From positions 14,942,001 through 15,006,000 of the forward strand of contig OX597817.1 in assembly GCA_951406725.2 (NCBI GenBank): 64,000 bases of DNA, in the 5' to 3' direction. The notes below the pieces were generated by a model, which was given only the letters and a program-made list of their open reading frames with translations, was not told where the DNA came from and searched no databases. Made by a program: the position numbers and the translations under genes. Of the stretch, positions 12,059 to 26,032 are shown one piece after another (position 1 is the stretch's first letter; the number at the start of each line of letters is the position of its first letter). Origin of the DNA: Octopus vulgaris. Taxonomy: Eukaryota.

Positions 12059-12786
12059 GTCTAATGGATGCAAGCATGGCCAAGTTTCCATGAAGTTTGC
12101 TTCGCAGCCAAGAGATCCTAGGTTAAATCTCACTGTGTGGCATCTTGGGCAAATGTCTTCTACCATAACCTTGATTCAACCCATGTCTTTCGAGTGAAAT
12201 TGAATTGATGGAAACTATGTGGAAGCTGTAATTCCAAGGGCCACTTTGTCGCTCATTGCATCTGTGAATTACACATTTACAATACATTTGTCTACTGAAT
12301 ACTCACCCACTTACACATTAAATAAATGAATTGGCTCTTCATTTGATTCAACAACTGGAATATTCATTGTCAAAACCAATAGAGGGTCCATTAATTTAAT
12401 GCAAGTGTTTGCATTTTGACACATAAAAAGCACCATCTGAACGTGGCCGATGCCAGCGACGCATCGACTGGCTTCTGTGCCAGTGGCACATAAAAAGCAC
12501 CATCCGAACGTGGCCAATGCCAGCGCCGCCTTGGCTGGCTTCCGTGCCGGTGGCACATTAAAAGCACCAACCGATCGTGGCCGATGCCAGACTCCCCTGG
12601 CACCAGTGCCGGTGGCACATAAAAAGCACCCACTACACTTGCGGAGTGGTTGGCGTTAGGAAGGGCATCCAGCTGTAGAAACACTGCCAGATCAGACCGG
12701 AGCCTGGTGCAGCCCCTGGCTTCCCAGACCCCGGTCAAACCGTCCAACCCGTGCTAGCGCGGAAAACGGACATTAAACGATGATGA

Positions 12787-13400
12787 TGAGGTGCATTCCA
12801 GAAGTTTTGAGACTTTTTCAAGGACATTTATTAATTTCAAATAAGAACAAAATTCTAATCCCCTTTCAAGTAGGACCCTCTGACTTCATTGCACTTGTTG
12901 TGCTCCTGCTACTTTGTGAAGGCTCTATGGAAGTCCTCCAGTGTAAAAGTTCCAGGACCCTCCTTCATCTTCTTGATCTCATCAGAAACCTCAGATTCTG
13001 CTTCAGTTTAGGGAACAATTAAAAGTTACAGCATGTAGTGTCTGGAAGGATGGGAGGGCGAGAGACAGATTTGATGCCCATCTCTATCCAGTAATTGGCT
13101 ACCAGGATGGAATTGCGGACTGGTACATTGTCCCGGTGCAGGTGCCACTGACTTCAGTGGAAGAACTCTGACCTTTTACAATGAAGTCTGTTCTTGAATT
13201 CTTTCAAAACCTCCACAGAGTACTCTTTGTTGAATGTCTGGCCAGAGGGAACCCAGTGTATAGCATTTTGGCCTAGTTTAACACAAAATTCTATTGCATA
13301 GCAAGCTTCCAAACTGTCTTCACATTCCACATCATTCTGCAAACTAATCAGCTGTGACAGCAGTGTTTAGTAGGATGTGTTCAAAGTGTTGTTACAGCCA
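12787..13400 (-). mobile_element. Internally deleted mariner relic
   Basis: AIEFCVKLG (N-terminal HTH) fused directly to GQTFNKEYSVEVLKEF..., then WHLHRDN. Confidence 0.6.
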
Positions 13401-13654
13401 TCTCTTTCGATCTAGAATTACAAAAGGTGGCAGGTCAGCTTATTAGATGTATACTCTTTACTCTTTTACTTGTTTCAGTCATTTGACTGCGGCCATGCTG
13501 GAGCACCGCCTTTAATCGAGCAACTCGACCCCGGGACTTATTCTTTTGTAAGCCCAGTACTTATTCTATCGGTCTCTTTTGCCGAACCGCTAAGTTACGG
13601 GGACATAAACACACCAGCATCGGTTGTCAAACAATGCTAGAGAGACAAACACAG

Positions 13655-13716
<62 letters not shown>

Positions 13717-14004
13717 GACGGGCTTCTTTCAGTTTCCGTCTACCAAATCCACTCACAAGGCTTTGGTCGGCCCGAAGCTATAGTAGAAGACACTTGCCCA
13801 AGGTGCCACGCAGTGGGACTGAACCCGGAACCATGTGGTTGGTAAACAAGCTACTTACCACAGAGCCACTCCTTTAGTATAGTAATGATATACTAAAAAC
13901 ACAATAATCTAGAACAGTTATAACTGCCTTTCCTTAAATAAAAGTCCTCAAAACTTGCTAAAAGTCACAGGTCTTGACCTCCTTTCTCTGATTAAAGGGT
14001 AAAA

Positions 14005-14337
14005 GGGTCAAGACCCCCTTCACTCATGAATGACCATGGGATTGCACCTAGAAAGTTACCTCTGAAGCACAAGTCCAGACAAGGCTGTTTATGGAAGACC
14101 AGCAGTTGGCCATGCATACCAGCCTCCCCCTCTCCACACCACCGATGTTATCCAAGGGAAAGGCAAAGGCCAATACAGCTTGGTACCAGTGACATTGCAT
14201 CTCATTTCTACAGCTCAATGAACTTGAGCAACATGGAACAAAGTGTCTTGCTCAAGAACATATCGCACAGCCCGGTCCAGGAATCAAACTCACTACCTCA
14301 TGATTGTGAGCTCAATTCTCTAACCACTGAGCCATGC
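14005..14337 (-). mobile_element. Older tRNA-derived SINE with CORE-like body
   Basis: Minus strand GCATGGCTCAGTGGTTAGAG...GAGTTTGATTCC...TTCTTGAGCAAGACACTTT; related fragments near 28930-29080 and 47620-47750. Confidence 0.6.
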
Positions 14338-14398
14338 AGCTCTGATTAAACCATAAGAAAACGCTGGCATCAGCATGCTGGACCATGTACAGCCATTG

Positions 14399-14784
14399 GG
14401 AGGCGCAATGGCCCAGTGGTTAGGGCAGCGGACTCGCGGTCATAGGATTGCGGTTTTGATTCCCAGACCAGGCGTTGTGAGTGTTTATTGATCGAAAACA
14501 CCTAAAGCTCCACGAGGCTCCAGCAGGGGATGGTGGTGATCCCTGCTGTACTCTTTCACCACAACTTTCTCTCACTCTTACTTCCTGTTTCTGTTGTACC
14601 TGTATTTCAAAGGGCCGGCCTTGTCACTCTCTGTGTCACGCTGAATATCCCCGAGAACTACGTTAAGGGTACACGTGTCTGTGGAGTGCTCAGCCACTTG
14701 CATGTTAATTTTGCGAGCAGACTGTTCCGTTGATCCGGATCAACCGGAACCCTCGTCGTCGTAACTGACGGAGTGCTTCCATCC
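14399..14784 (+). mobile_element. tRNA-derived SINE family C
   Basis: tRNA-like head GGCGCAATGGCCCAGTGGTTAGGGCAGCGGACTCGCGGTC; 10-bp TSD ACAGCCATTG at 14389-14398 and 14785-14794. Confidence 0.88.
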
Positions 14785-14939
14785 ACAGCCATTGATATTA
14801 GTACCATAGCCATGACTTCTGATTAACTGTAGCTTGTGTTTTTTGTTGGGCACTGTTGTTACAACAACCTGTCTCCTGTGGTTTAAGCTGTTGATTTTTG
14901 TAAGTGCAGTTTCATCAATTCCAAAGATCCTGGAATTAG

Positions 14940-16280
14940 ATTGAGTTGAGTTGGCTGAGTATACTACATTCTCACATGAGTATCACAGCAAGATTGCAGA
15001 CAACCAATCACTGCTTCATTTCAGCAGTTCTTGGAACAAACGCTCTACTGTTCATCTGGAAGCAGGATGTGTATTGGAGCTCAGCTTCTGATACAATGTC
15101 TGCATCATCCACAGGGTGAAAATGACTTCTACAGTCTTCTCTGATCGTAGCATTCTAAAATTAACAATGTTTGATCCAAGCTAACTTGTAACCCACCAAC
15201 TCACCAAAAGTATACAAACCCTATCCAAGTTTAATTTCCACAAGGCTCAATGGAAATCAATTGAGGAAGAAGCCTTTAAGATAAACTAGGTTCAGACCTT
15301 GTGTGTGAAAGATGATGACATTAAACTGCCAATGATGAAAGCCATATGCATTAAACTTGTCCCGATCAAGAAGTTCAGTGACATGCAAAGAATTTGTCTC
15401 CAGAACAGAGAAATTCTTATGAGATGATGAGAAAGGAGGATGTTTAATGGTTGGGGAAGTTGAGGAGGAATGGATGGCCAAATCACATGCATAAAAATGA
15501 GCATTGTTTGATGTGGCAGCAAGTAGGTCATTGATGTAAAGAAATAAGAGAAAGGGGGAGCCTTAGGGCAGGAGTTTTGATTGGAGATTTGCATGGCAGA
15601 CATGGTCAAAGGGTTTGCTGTCGTCTAAGGCAATGACATTGCTTTCACCAAACTTTTTTAACCCTTTAGCATTCAGATTACTCTGTCAAAGGTAATGGTT
15701 ATTTATTCAAATTGTTTTGAATTTATCATACATTACCTTGTAGCCTTCAGCTATCAATGACGTGGTTGTTTATTTTTAGAATGGCATTGTAGGGTAGGTG
15801 TGAGAGACCAGATCTGGCCTGCTTGAACCTAAAACAGGCAGAATATTTGGGTCTCTTGAAGTGAGAACCCACTAGTGAGGGGCATAATAGAATAGATATC
15901 CAGTGGGTCTGAATCTGCAGGAACTATTGGTCATTGAGAAATGAGAGAAATTCAAGTTGTTGGAGAATATCATTATTAATGGTTGTCTCCATTATCTTTA
16001 AATTTGTTAGTAGTTAGGACAGTAGGGTAATAGTTGATTGAATCAGAGGGGTAGCCTTTCTTTAAATGGTATATGGGGGTATATTGAAGCTTGCTTCCAA
16101 ATTTCAAAGTGTATCTCCATAGACAGTTTGCTGAGTATAAAGGCAAAGCCCAGGGCACATGTAATGCATGGCTGGTGGCCGTGTTAGTTTGAAGCAAACA
16201 GTGTATTTCTGCACTTGATGTGTGTGTGTATGCAAGATAGGGAGTCTAGTGGAGTGGAAGGGATTAGATGCGATGTGAGC
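14940..16280 (-). mobile_element. Highly decayed CR1/L2-like LINE (APE/RT relics)
   Basis: PIYHLKKGYPSDSINYYPTVLT resembles P..K.G....NYRPI.LT; DKFNAY resembles the APE GDFNA motif; many stops. Confidence 0.4.
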
Positions 16281-16665
16281 TGCATATTGGAGGTTTTCTC
16301 TGTGGGGATACTGCTCAAAGAACCATTATTGTTGAGAAGTGGAGGAAAAGATGACTACAAGATTCTTGTATGTGTGCATGTCTGTATGTATGTGTATATA
16401 GAAGTATGTGTGTTAGTGTACATGTGTATCTTTATAATACTAAAATTCAACTTCTGTTTGTTTGTGTGCAACCAGATTTTTGACCAAGCAAAACATTACT
16501 GTAATAAAATGTTTTGACTAACAGTTTTGTACATGAGCCCTTTTGTTAGCAAAAATTTCTGGCATGTCTCAACAAAGAAGAGGTTTGTTTTATCAACACA
16601 TTAAAGGGGCCTATAACTATTATGAATAAACCTTGTTTTACATTTCTCTCTCTCTCTACATATGT

Positions 16666-16762
<97 letters not shown>

Positions 16763-16789
16763 GATGAGAGAGTGTGTAAGTGCTTTATA

Positions 16790-17645
16790 TGTGTGTGTGT
16801 GTACGAACAGCCATGCTACATGGTAGTGAAACATGGGCTGTGACTGCTGAGGATATGCGTAAGCTCGCAAGAAATGAAGCCAGTATGCTCCGATGGATGT
16901 ATAATGTCAGTGTTCATACTTGACAGAGTGTAAGTACCTTGAGAGAAAAGTTGGACCTAAGAAGCATCAGTTGTGGTGTGCAAGAGAGACGTTTGCTCTG
17001 ATATGCTCATGTGACGAGAATGGCTGAAAATAGTTGTGTGCAAAAGTGCCACACCCTAGCAGTTGAGGGAACCTGTGGAAGAGGTAGACCCAGGAAAACC
17101 TGGGGCGAGGTGGTGAAGCACGACCTTCGAACTTTAGGTCTCACCAAGGAAATGACTAGAGACCGAGACCTATGGAAGTATGCTGTGCGTGAGAAGACCC
17201 GGCAAGACTAGTGAGACTATAACCCGTGGCCTCTACCTGGTATGTAGCCAGTCGACTTATACATACCTTTCCTTCTTGGGACACAAAACTCCACTTGTGA
17301 AGACCCGTTGAGGCAAGTGAAAATCAAAATCAAAATCAAATCAAATCAGATATCAGAAAGCAGAACCAAAATCGAAGTCGATCAACATCAATGGAAATTG
17401 CAGCTGTGATACCAGTGCCGGTGACAAGTAAGCGAACCATCCGATCGTGGCCGTTGCCAGCACCGCTTCGACTGGCCTCCGTGCCGGTGCCAGACAAGGC
17501 TGGCGAACGGCCACGCTCGGATGGTGTTTTTTATGTGCCACCGACACAGGTGCCAGACGAGGCTGGCGAACGGCCACGCTCGGATGGTGTTTTTTTATGT
17601 GCCACCGACACAGGTGCCAGACGAGGTTGGCGAACGGCCACGCTC
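16790..17645 (+). mobile_element. RTE LINE family B fragment
   Basis: CVRTAMLHGSETWA...GRGRPRKTW...VREKTRQD* followed by the same 3' UTR; in-frame stops present. Confidence 0.88.
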
Positions 17646-18339
17646 CTTAGATTCTCTGACAAAAATGGTGGAAGGGCATTGATGGTAGATATGAGAGGAT
17701 GTCCAGGGGAAAGGAGCATTCAGTGGAGAATAAAGGGGTAAGAGATGATGGTTGATGAGGGAAGTGGTTGTGAGGAGGAGAAGAATAACTGGTAGCGTAA
17801 AAGAGGATGAAATATATGTTGTTCTGCTCAAGGAGATAGTTAGAAGAGTAATGGAGGGATGGGTGTTAGAAAGGTTAGTTGTGGAGGAGGTTTGACTGAG
17901 GAAAGCACACACACATACACATATATACATACACATATCATCATCGTTTAACTTCCATGTTCTATTCTGGCATGGGTTGAATAGTTTGACAAGAATCCAA
18001 TGGGTCTAAGGACTGTCATTATGCACCAACGTTTACTTCAGGATGGCTTCTCTGGTTGGATGCCCTTTCTAACTCCAACCCCTTTACTATGGCACTGGGT
18101 GCTTTCTTTGTGCCACCAGCACTATTGAGGTCACTATGTAGCTTGCAAGTCTTCAAAACTGGAGGAGCGGGACACTACGTCCTTGATAGATGGGGGAGAG
18201 GTTGAAGTAGAGCATGTTCTTGTAGTAGAGGAGCTATATGACTACACACACTTAGAAATGAATTAGTGGTATTTCCAAAGAGATAAAGAGAGGAGGGAAT
18301 GTAGTGAATTTATGTACTTCACCACACCTATTTTATCTG

Positions 18340-18850
18340 ATAATATAGCTACTATTAGTAGTTAGAAATTAAACAATATTAGCAATTACATATGTGATTC
18401 TAATTATCCCAGGACTTTGTCTCTAGCTCTTCTGTTAATAACACAGTTTGATTCTCCTTGATACTACCATTTATTCTGCTTCTCCTCCAGCAATAACTTT
18501 AGTAATGATATTGCTAATAATTCTTCACTGGTTAGTAAACCTGATAGTGTGTTTAACTGTAGGGATTGATATAAATATCCTTTGAATAGTAAGTGCAACT
18601 GACCAAATTTAGTATATAAATGTTCTGTTTACACACCAAATAAAGTATGTCAGTGTCACAGTATCAAAATTTTGATCTAGATGGCGTAATCGCATACATT
18701 CTTTCAATAACAGATCCAGGTTACATAATACATTATTAGCAAAATTTATTTGGGAGCTCAAAGATAGAAATATTGGTTACATCAATTATACAAACCACAG
18801 TTCTGTATGCAGAGGTGAGGGTTGTTATATGTTATGTTACATGGACGTAC
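18340..18850 (+). mobile_element. Decayed Penelope-like element, Zn-linker/GIY-YIG endonuclease region
   Basis: Translates with stops to FNCRD*YKYPLNSKCN*PNLVYKCSV (from about 18552) and NTLLAKFIWELKDRNIGY (about 18727-18780), matching the PLE pattern CNCR..CPL.G.C...VY and T.LSK.IW.LK. Confidence 0.65.
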
Positions 18851-18851
18851 G

Positions 18852-18924
18852 TGTTATACTCAGGTATAACAAGTTCTTGTTATACCTAGGTATAACAAGT
18901 TCTTGTTATACCTAGGTATAACAA
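18852..18924. repeat. Alternating inverted 11-mer array
   Basis: TTGTTATACCT and AGGTATAACAA alternate six times, giving tandem 26-bp near-palindromes. Confidence 0.9.
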
Positions 18925-19149
18925 TTGGAAAATGTATAAAATGAAAAGATAAACAAATAATAGGCAAAAGATAAACAAATTCAGTGGTGGTATTTCACAG
19001 CTATAAAACGGTATAAAATTAATTTAGACTATATATAGAAATATATGATGACATTGACATCATTTTGCACTATGATGACTTTTAAGTTTGGTCTGGTTTT
19101 CAGGACCAGCCTTGCTCTTCTGTGACATTCTTTCCAGAGCTTTCTCTTC

Positions 19150-21310
19150 ATTTGAGTATGTTGGATTCCATTGCCATCATTTATACTTAGATAAGTGCCA
19201 TCAAGATCTAGATAGTGGTGTCTGGGTCAAATTTGTTGGATGATGTTGTAGTGAACTTTTCCCTCTTGAAAGTTGCTTTTGTGTACTTATCAAGTTCAAA
19301 TTCCATTCTTACATCATTGCTAACATGCTTTACAGTTGTTAAAAGTCCTTCTGATTCTTGATCATTCTTTGCATATAGTTTCGGGTCATCCATAAAAAAA
19401 AATGATTGATTTTGCTTCTCTTGTTATTTGTTACTTTATATCTGCACTTTGTGTTATTTAGTTTAGTTGCAAGTGGGAAGTGCCATACAAGAATAAGGGA
19501 TGTGAAAGAGAATCACCTTGGAAAATTCCACAATTTTTGTTTTTGCTTGATTGCACAACTCTATTGTTGCGGTTTAAAAAGGGACATTGTCCATGCCTCT
19601 ATTTTGTTAATCATCAGCTGGTTTTTACATCCGTGGGAGTTCCATTTATCTCCTTTCTGTTCTTATAATAATATAATAATGAAATTATTGTATACAGTGC
19701 TCAGGTGCACCACAACTTGTCAGAAAGTGCGTATAGAGTATATGCTGTAATGTACAAATGTCTGGAAAGCAAACAATGCGTGAGTCAGATACATGCCTGT
19801 GTGTATGGAGGGGAGAAAATCAGGTGTAGTGTTGGCGAATCTCAGAAAGCATGGAAGTTTTGAAGGATGCAGTGCTCCGACAACTGATGCCGGCAGTTTG
19901 TTCCATGCTTCAGCAACTCTCAGCGTGAAAAAATGTTTCCTTGTGGAATGATGTTTTCTTTAAGGAAAGTGGTCTTACAATAAGTGTTGAAGTTGTGGTA
20001 ATAGCATGTAATAGGTCTACAGATCATCAGTTTTTTTTTATCTTCTTCTGGGGGTGGGGGTAGGAGGTACATTGTGCTGCCTATCAACCAGTTGGGGACT
20101 TTCTCAGTAAAGTGGTAGGTGTTAGGCAGGGCATCTAGCTGTAGAAACCAAGCCAAAACACTGGAACCTGGTGCAGCTCTCTGGCATACTAGCTCCAGTC
20201 AAACTGTCTAACCTATGCCAGCATAGACAACAGACGTTAAATGATGACGATGATGACAACAATGATGCACTCATTTCATTGGTTGGTGCCAAGTATATTC
20301 CTGTAATTGTAATTAACGAATAATTTGAGGAGCAGGTTGGATCAACAGGGACAATGAAAGATGTTAAACAAACCAAGGTAGAGGTTGATTTGACAGAGCT
20401 AATGTAGCTCCTAAGCAAAATACAAATAAATGTCACCATGAGTTACTCCAAATGTTCTTCCAAAATTTCTTAACTTCATTCATATTGGATGGAGCTTATA
20501 TTTTTAATAGTTTCCTCAGTCCTCTGTAAAATTTCTTTGAGTTTGTTTGGAAAATCTTGATCTGTCTATATTGCTTTGACTTGAATGTGCTTTTTCAGAG
20601 TTGCCTTGATATTAGGAAGAAATTGTTCACTTGTTAATTTGTACAGACTTTTAACTTTTCTAGTGGTTTAAAAAGGGACAATCGACAATTTTCCTCTCAG
20701 ATGATTATTATTTTTTTTTTTCAACTTTCCAATTTTGATTGTTTGTTGACATATTTGTTCTATTTCTTTAAGTCCAATTTAATTGTTCAAAGCCTTTCCC
20801 ATTAGTATACAAGTGGCACGTAAAAAACACCATCCGATCGTGGCCGTTTGCCAGCCTCGCCTGGCACCTGTGCAGGTGGCACATAAAAAGCACCCACTAC
20901 ACTCACGGAGTGGTTGGCGTTAGGTAGAGCATCCAGCTGTAGAAACACTGCCAGATCAGACTGGGCCTGGCGCAGCCTCCTGGCTTCCCAGACCCCAGTT
21001 GAACCGTCCAACCCATGCTAGCATGGAAAACGGACGTTAAACGATGATGATGATGATGATGATGATGTTAAGTGTTTTCTTGTTTTGGAATTTTTGAAAT
21101 TTAATGGCTGCTGTTCTCTGTCCTTCACTTCAGTGCATAGGGTTATACTCAATTCTCTAACATCTTTTTTGGCTCCTGCAATTTCCCTTTTGTGTTCATC
21201 AAAAAGAGTGAGACATCATCTTAATTTTCTTGGATCTGATTGTTATTGTCTTTATTCCATTTGTTCTTTCTGATTTCATTTACTCTCTGACAAGTTTCTT
21301 TTTGAGTCAT
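19150..21310 (-). mobile_element. Old fragmented R4/Dong-like LINE (RT region)
   Basis: MDDPKLYAKNDQESEGLLTTVKHVSNDVRMEFELDKYTKATF (cf. YMDDLKLYA...FGLDKC) and ICRPITC; interrupted by other repeats; upstream extent uncertain. Confidence 0.65.
19665..19942 (-). mobile_element. CR1/L2-type LINE 3' end nested in the R4-like relic
   Basis: KHFFTLRVAEAWNKLPASVV (FF.R....WN.LP C-terminal motif), then 3' UTR and (ATT)n tail. Confidence 0.7.
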
Positions 21311-24300
21311 GTTATCTTTTACTCTTTTACTTGTTTCAGTCATTTGACTGCGGCCATGCTGGAGCACTGCCTTTAGTCGAGCAAATCGACCCCGGGACTT
21401 ATTCTTTGTAAGCCCAGTACTTTATTCTATCGGTCTCTTGCTGAACCGCTAAGTAACGGGGACGTAAACACACCAGCATCGGTTGTTAAGCAATGCTAGG
21501 GGGACAAACACAGACACACAAACACATACACACACACACATATATACGACAGGCTTCTTTCAGTTTCCGTCTACCAAATCCACTCACAAGGCTTTGGTCG
21601 GCCCGGGGCTATAGCAGAAGACACTTGCCCAAGATGCCACGCAGTGGATCTGGCTATCAACTGAATCCACAGTGAGGATTGCCCCACCTGCCTCCTTTAA
21701 CCAGGAGGGGAAGGCAGTTTTCATTCGTCCGGTGGTTGTAACAAAAGAGATGGTATAGTGGACCTATTTGAAAGGGCTAAAGTCAGACACTTTCCTCTTT
21801 GGCCAAGGCCTCTCCACCTGAAAAAGAAAGTGAGAGTAGAGAGAGAAGTGTTGTCTTCTTGCAAATTTGGTTAAAGGTGGGTGAATGTCAGGAAAATGGC
21901 TAGTATGGATGGACCAATTCTGAGATTACACTTGTAAAAGAAAAAAATGTACAAAAGGAGAAAGGGCTCTCGCCCTGTTGACTAGGCGCCCGTCTTTTAT
22001 GGGTTTTTTCCATGAGTAACCTTCAAAGCGCCTCCCTCTATTGGGAGTTTTTACTTGTTATATTATTTTCGTTATCAAATGTTTACACGGACCTTGTTTT
22101 GCAAAATCCTTTGTTTATCGTCTTGGGTTGTTCTTTAATGTTTTTTATTTTATTTATAGTAGCCATTGTGGCCAATAAAAAGAATTTTAGTATTATTTTT
22201 TTAATATCAATATAGTTGTAAATTCGTAACTATCTATTTTTTTTTGTGTCACACTAAGGGAAGTAACTCAAATAGTATGAGAAAAGCACTTGGCAGTTTT
22301 AGTTGTGATGGTGGCAGAGACGAGCAGAAGTGGTGTTGATTATGGTGAATGGGAAAAGATAGTGAGGGAGTTATAAAAGTTAGAAGTAAAATAGAGATAA
22401 AGAGAAAATTTATCTGACAGAATATGGGAGAGAGAGAGAGAGTAAGAGAGAGGCAGAAGTAGTTGAAATCAAGGAAGTATTAGCATTCACGAAAAAGAGA
22501 GATAGTAAGAGAAGACACGAGAAAAGTGAAAGAGTGGGAGAAAAGGAGGAAGTTAGAAAAAAATAATAAAAAGATCATTGTAAAATGATAGTGGTGGTGG
22601 TGGTGGTAACGGTGGTTACGTGTTGTTCGTAGTTATGGTAATGATGGAGTGACAGTGATGACGTTTGTTTGATGATGTAGAAGTGTCGGTTAGGTTACTG
22701 GGCGTGGGTGACGGCTGTTTGTTTGTTTATTGTTAGACGGTCGTGGTGGTGGTCACGGCGGCGGCGGCGGCAATGACGTCGGTCTTCGTTTACTATCTCA
22801 TGTGATTTTTTTTTATTATTTGTTCTCTTCATAGTGATTTTAAGTTTCTTATTTAAAGTTTGTTTTTTTTTTTACCTCATGGTGGTTTACATGCTGTATA
22901 AAAGTATATTTCTTTGCTAATCAACCAAGGTGTATGTGGTGGAATAAGTGAAAGGAAATATAGGTATTACTTTTAAATTATTACCATAAAATATTACTCT
23001 TTTACTTGTTTCAGTCATTTGACTGCGGCCATGCTGGAGCACCGCCTTTTTTAATCGAGCAACTCGACCTCGGGACTTATTCTTTTTGTAAGCCCAGTAC
23101 TTATTCTATCGGTCTCTTTTGCCGAACCGCTAAGTAACGGGGACATAAACACACCAGCATCGGTTGTCAAGCAATGCTAGGGGGACAAACACACACACAT
23201 ACACATATATATATATACATATATACGACAGGCTTCTTTCAGTTTCCGTCTACCAAATCCACTCACAAGGCTTTGGTCGGCCCGAGGCTATAGCAGAAGA
23301 CACCTGCCCAAGGTGCCACGCAGTGGGACTGAACCCGGAACCATGTGGTTGGTAAACAAGCTACTTACCACACAGCCACTCCTGCGCCTATATGGTGTTA
23401 TATTTTCTATTAAGTAAATCTTCTTGTGGTAATTTCACTTTGAAATCACTGATTCCATTTAACGAGAGAAACTCAATCTAAAGGAAGGGCTTGGTTAAGA
23501 AGTTCAGTCACACTACATGGCACCTCAGACAAGCTTCTTTAACTCCAGTCCAACCAAAACTTTGTCAGTGGATTTACTAAACTGAAAGAAGTGTGTGTTG
23601 TGCATATATGGTTCTGTGTCTCCTTGTCTAAGCATTGCTCTATAGTAGTCAACAAATGTCACTATTGTAGAAATGGTGCCATTCAATTTCAATCATCATC
23701 ATCATCATCATCGTTTAATGTCCGCTTTCCATGCTAGCATGGGTTGGACGATTTGACTGAGGACTAGCGAACCAGATGGCTGCACCAGGCTCCAATCTGA
23801 TCTGGCAGAATTTCTGCAGCTGGATGCTCTTTCTAATGCCAACATGTCTGGACATTATGCTGTTCAAAGAATTAGGAGATGTGCTGCCTTGCTTGTAAAC
23901 AGGTGAGGGTTGGCAACATGATGAACATTTAGCTGCAGAAAATCTGCCTCGGTGCAATTCATCTGACTTATGTAAGAGTAGAAAAGTAGACATGAAAATG
24001 ATGATGATTAAATATGATGAGAGTGGGTGATGGCAAGGTAGTGATGGATGAGAAAGAGAGGAGTGAATATAATGGATAATGAAAGGGAAGGTGAATTGAT
24101 ATGGCTGGATGGAGTACAAAGGTGGGCATTTTGAAACAAATAAAGGCACCTGTGATAAATATAAAATTGGTGATGTTATATTATGAAAACTTATGAATTT
24201 GAAGCATATAAAATTCAAAATTGCAAATATACAAGTTTTTAAAAAATCAACAAAATCTTACATTAGTCATACTGCAAACAATCTCATGACCCATTACAGC

Positions 24301-26032
24301 TAGCATACTCTCTCTCTCTCTCTTACTCTTTTACTTGTTTCAGTCATTTGACTGCGGCCATGCTGGAGCACCGCCTTTAATCAAGCAACTTGACCCCGGG
24401 ACTTATTCTTTGTAAGCCCAGTACTTATTCTATCGGTCTCTTTTTGCCGAACCGCTAAGTGACAGGGACGTAAACACACCAGCATCGGTTGTCAAGCAAT
24501 GCTAGGGGGACAAACACAGACACACAAACACATACACACACACTTACACATATATACGACAGGCTTCTTTCAGTTTACATCTACCAAATCCACTCACAAG
24601 GCATTGGTCGGCCCAGGGCTATAGTAGAAGACACTTGCCCAAGATGCCAAGCAGTGAGACTGAACCCGGAACCATGTGGTTGCTTAGCAAGCTACTTACC
24701 ACACAGCCACTCCTGCGCTTATATGTACTCTAAGTATGTGCTTTGTCTGTAATGAGGACCATACATCTAAAAAAGGATCACTGTAACATAACCTACTTCA
24801 AAAACTCTTAACCTCATCTACTCCTATAATCTCCCACTTCTTAACTAACATTAATTCTTTAGGTACTTCCCACCATATTTGTCTCTTATCCATCATACAC
24901 TCACTGTTTTTCCATTTTATGCGTTGTCCACAAACCATTGTGTTTGAAACCTTCCTACTAAAGATTTAAGATGAAACTTCAGCAAAGATGGTGAGCTGAC
25001 AGAATCGTTAGATCGCTGGGCAAAATCTTTAGCGACATTTCATCCATCTTTACGTTCTGAGTTCAAGTTCTGCCTGGGTCGACTTTGCCTTTTGTCCTTT
25101 TGGGGTCAATAAAATAAGTACCAGTAGCATGCTAGGGTCTATGTAATCGACTTGCTGGACCAATATTAAACTTCACTACACAAGTGTGACTATGTGGATA
25201 AGACGCTTGCTTCCCAGCCATGGGGCCTTGGGTTCAGTCCCACTGCACAGAACCTTGGGTAAATGTTTTCTACTATAGCCTTGGGCTGACTCATGCCTTG
25301 TGAGTGGATTTGGTAGATGAAAACTGAAAAAAGCCTGTTTTGTGTGTGTGTGTGTGTGCATTGCTTTGTCTAGACATGATCTGATGGTTGTAAATGAGCA
25401 TCATTGTCCTACAAGTGAGGTTGTTTGCAGCCCTCTGTGTAAAACATGTTTAGCTATGGGAAAATATTACCTTGCTTGGAAACAAATGAGGGTTGGTGAG
25501 TGGAAGAGCATCTGGTATTAGAAAATCTGCCTCAATAAATTCTGTCTGACCCATGCAAGCTTGAAAAGTGGATGTTAAATGATAATACATTCATACCTAT
25601 TTATCACTGTCATTCATCTTGGATTTTGTTGTTCTTATCTACTTATTTTACTATATTTTTTATTCCATTGAGTATTAATATGGTTAGATTACTTGTTAAT
25701 GTTTTTACACATATAGGCCTGTCCTTTCAGGTGCCAGTGCCACATAAAAAGCACCCTTGCCAGTGGCACTTAACCTCCCCCAACATCCCGAGCACACTCT
25801 GTTGAGTGGTTGGCATTAGGAGGGGCATCCAGCTGTAGAAAACATGTCACAATAGACAATTGGAGCCTGGACAGCTCCCAGCTGATCAGTTCCATGTCAA
25901 ACCATCCATCCCATGCTGGCAAGGGAAGCAGATGATGATGATAGATGCATATTTGTATCTCACTATATTTTGTATTTCGCAACATATAATTGGTTGTATT
26001 TCATTACTAAGTGTTCACATTCTTAGACATTA

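Noticed and set aside
14399-14475. tRNA-like sequence
   Set aside because: It is the head of a TSD-flanked SINE with a second copy at 55836-56229, and it lacks a proper acceptor stem.
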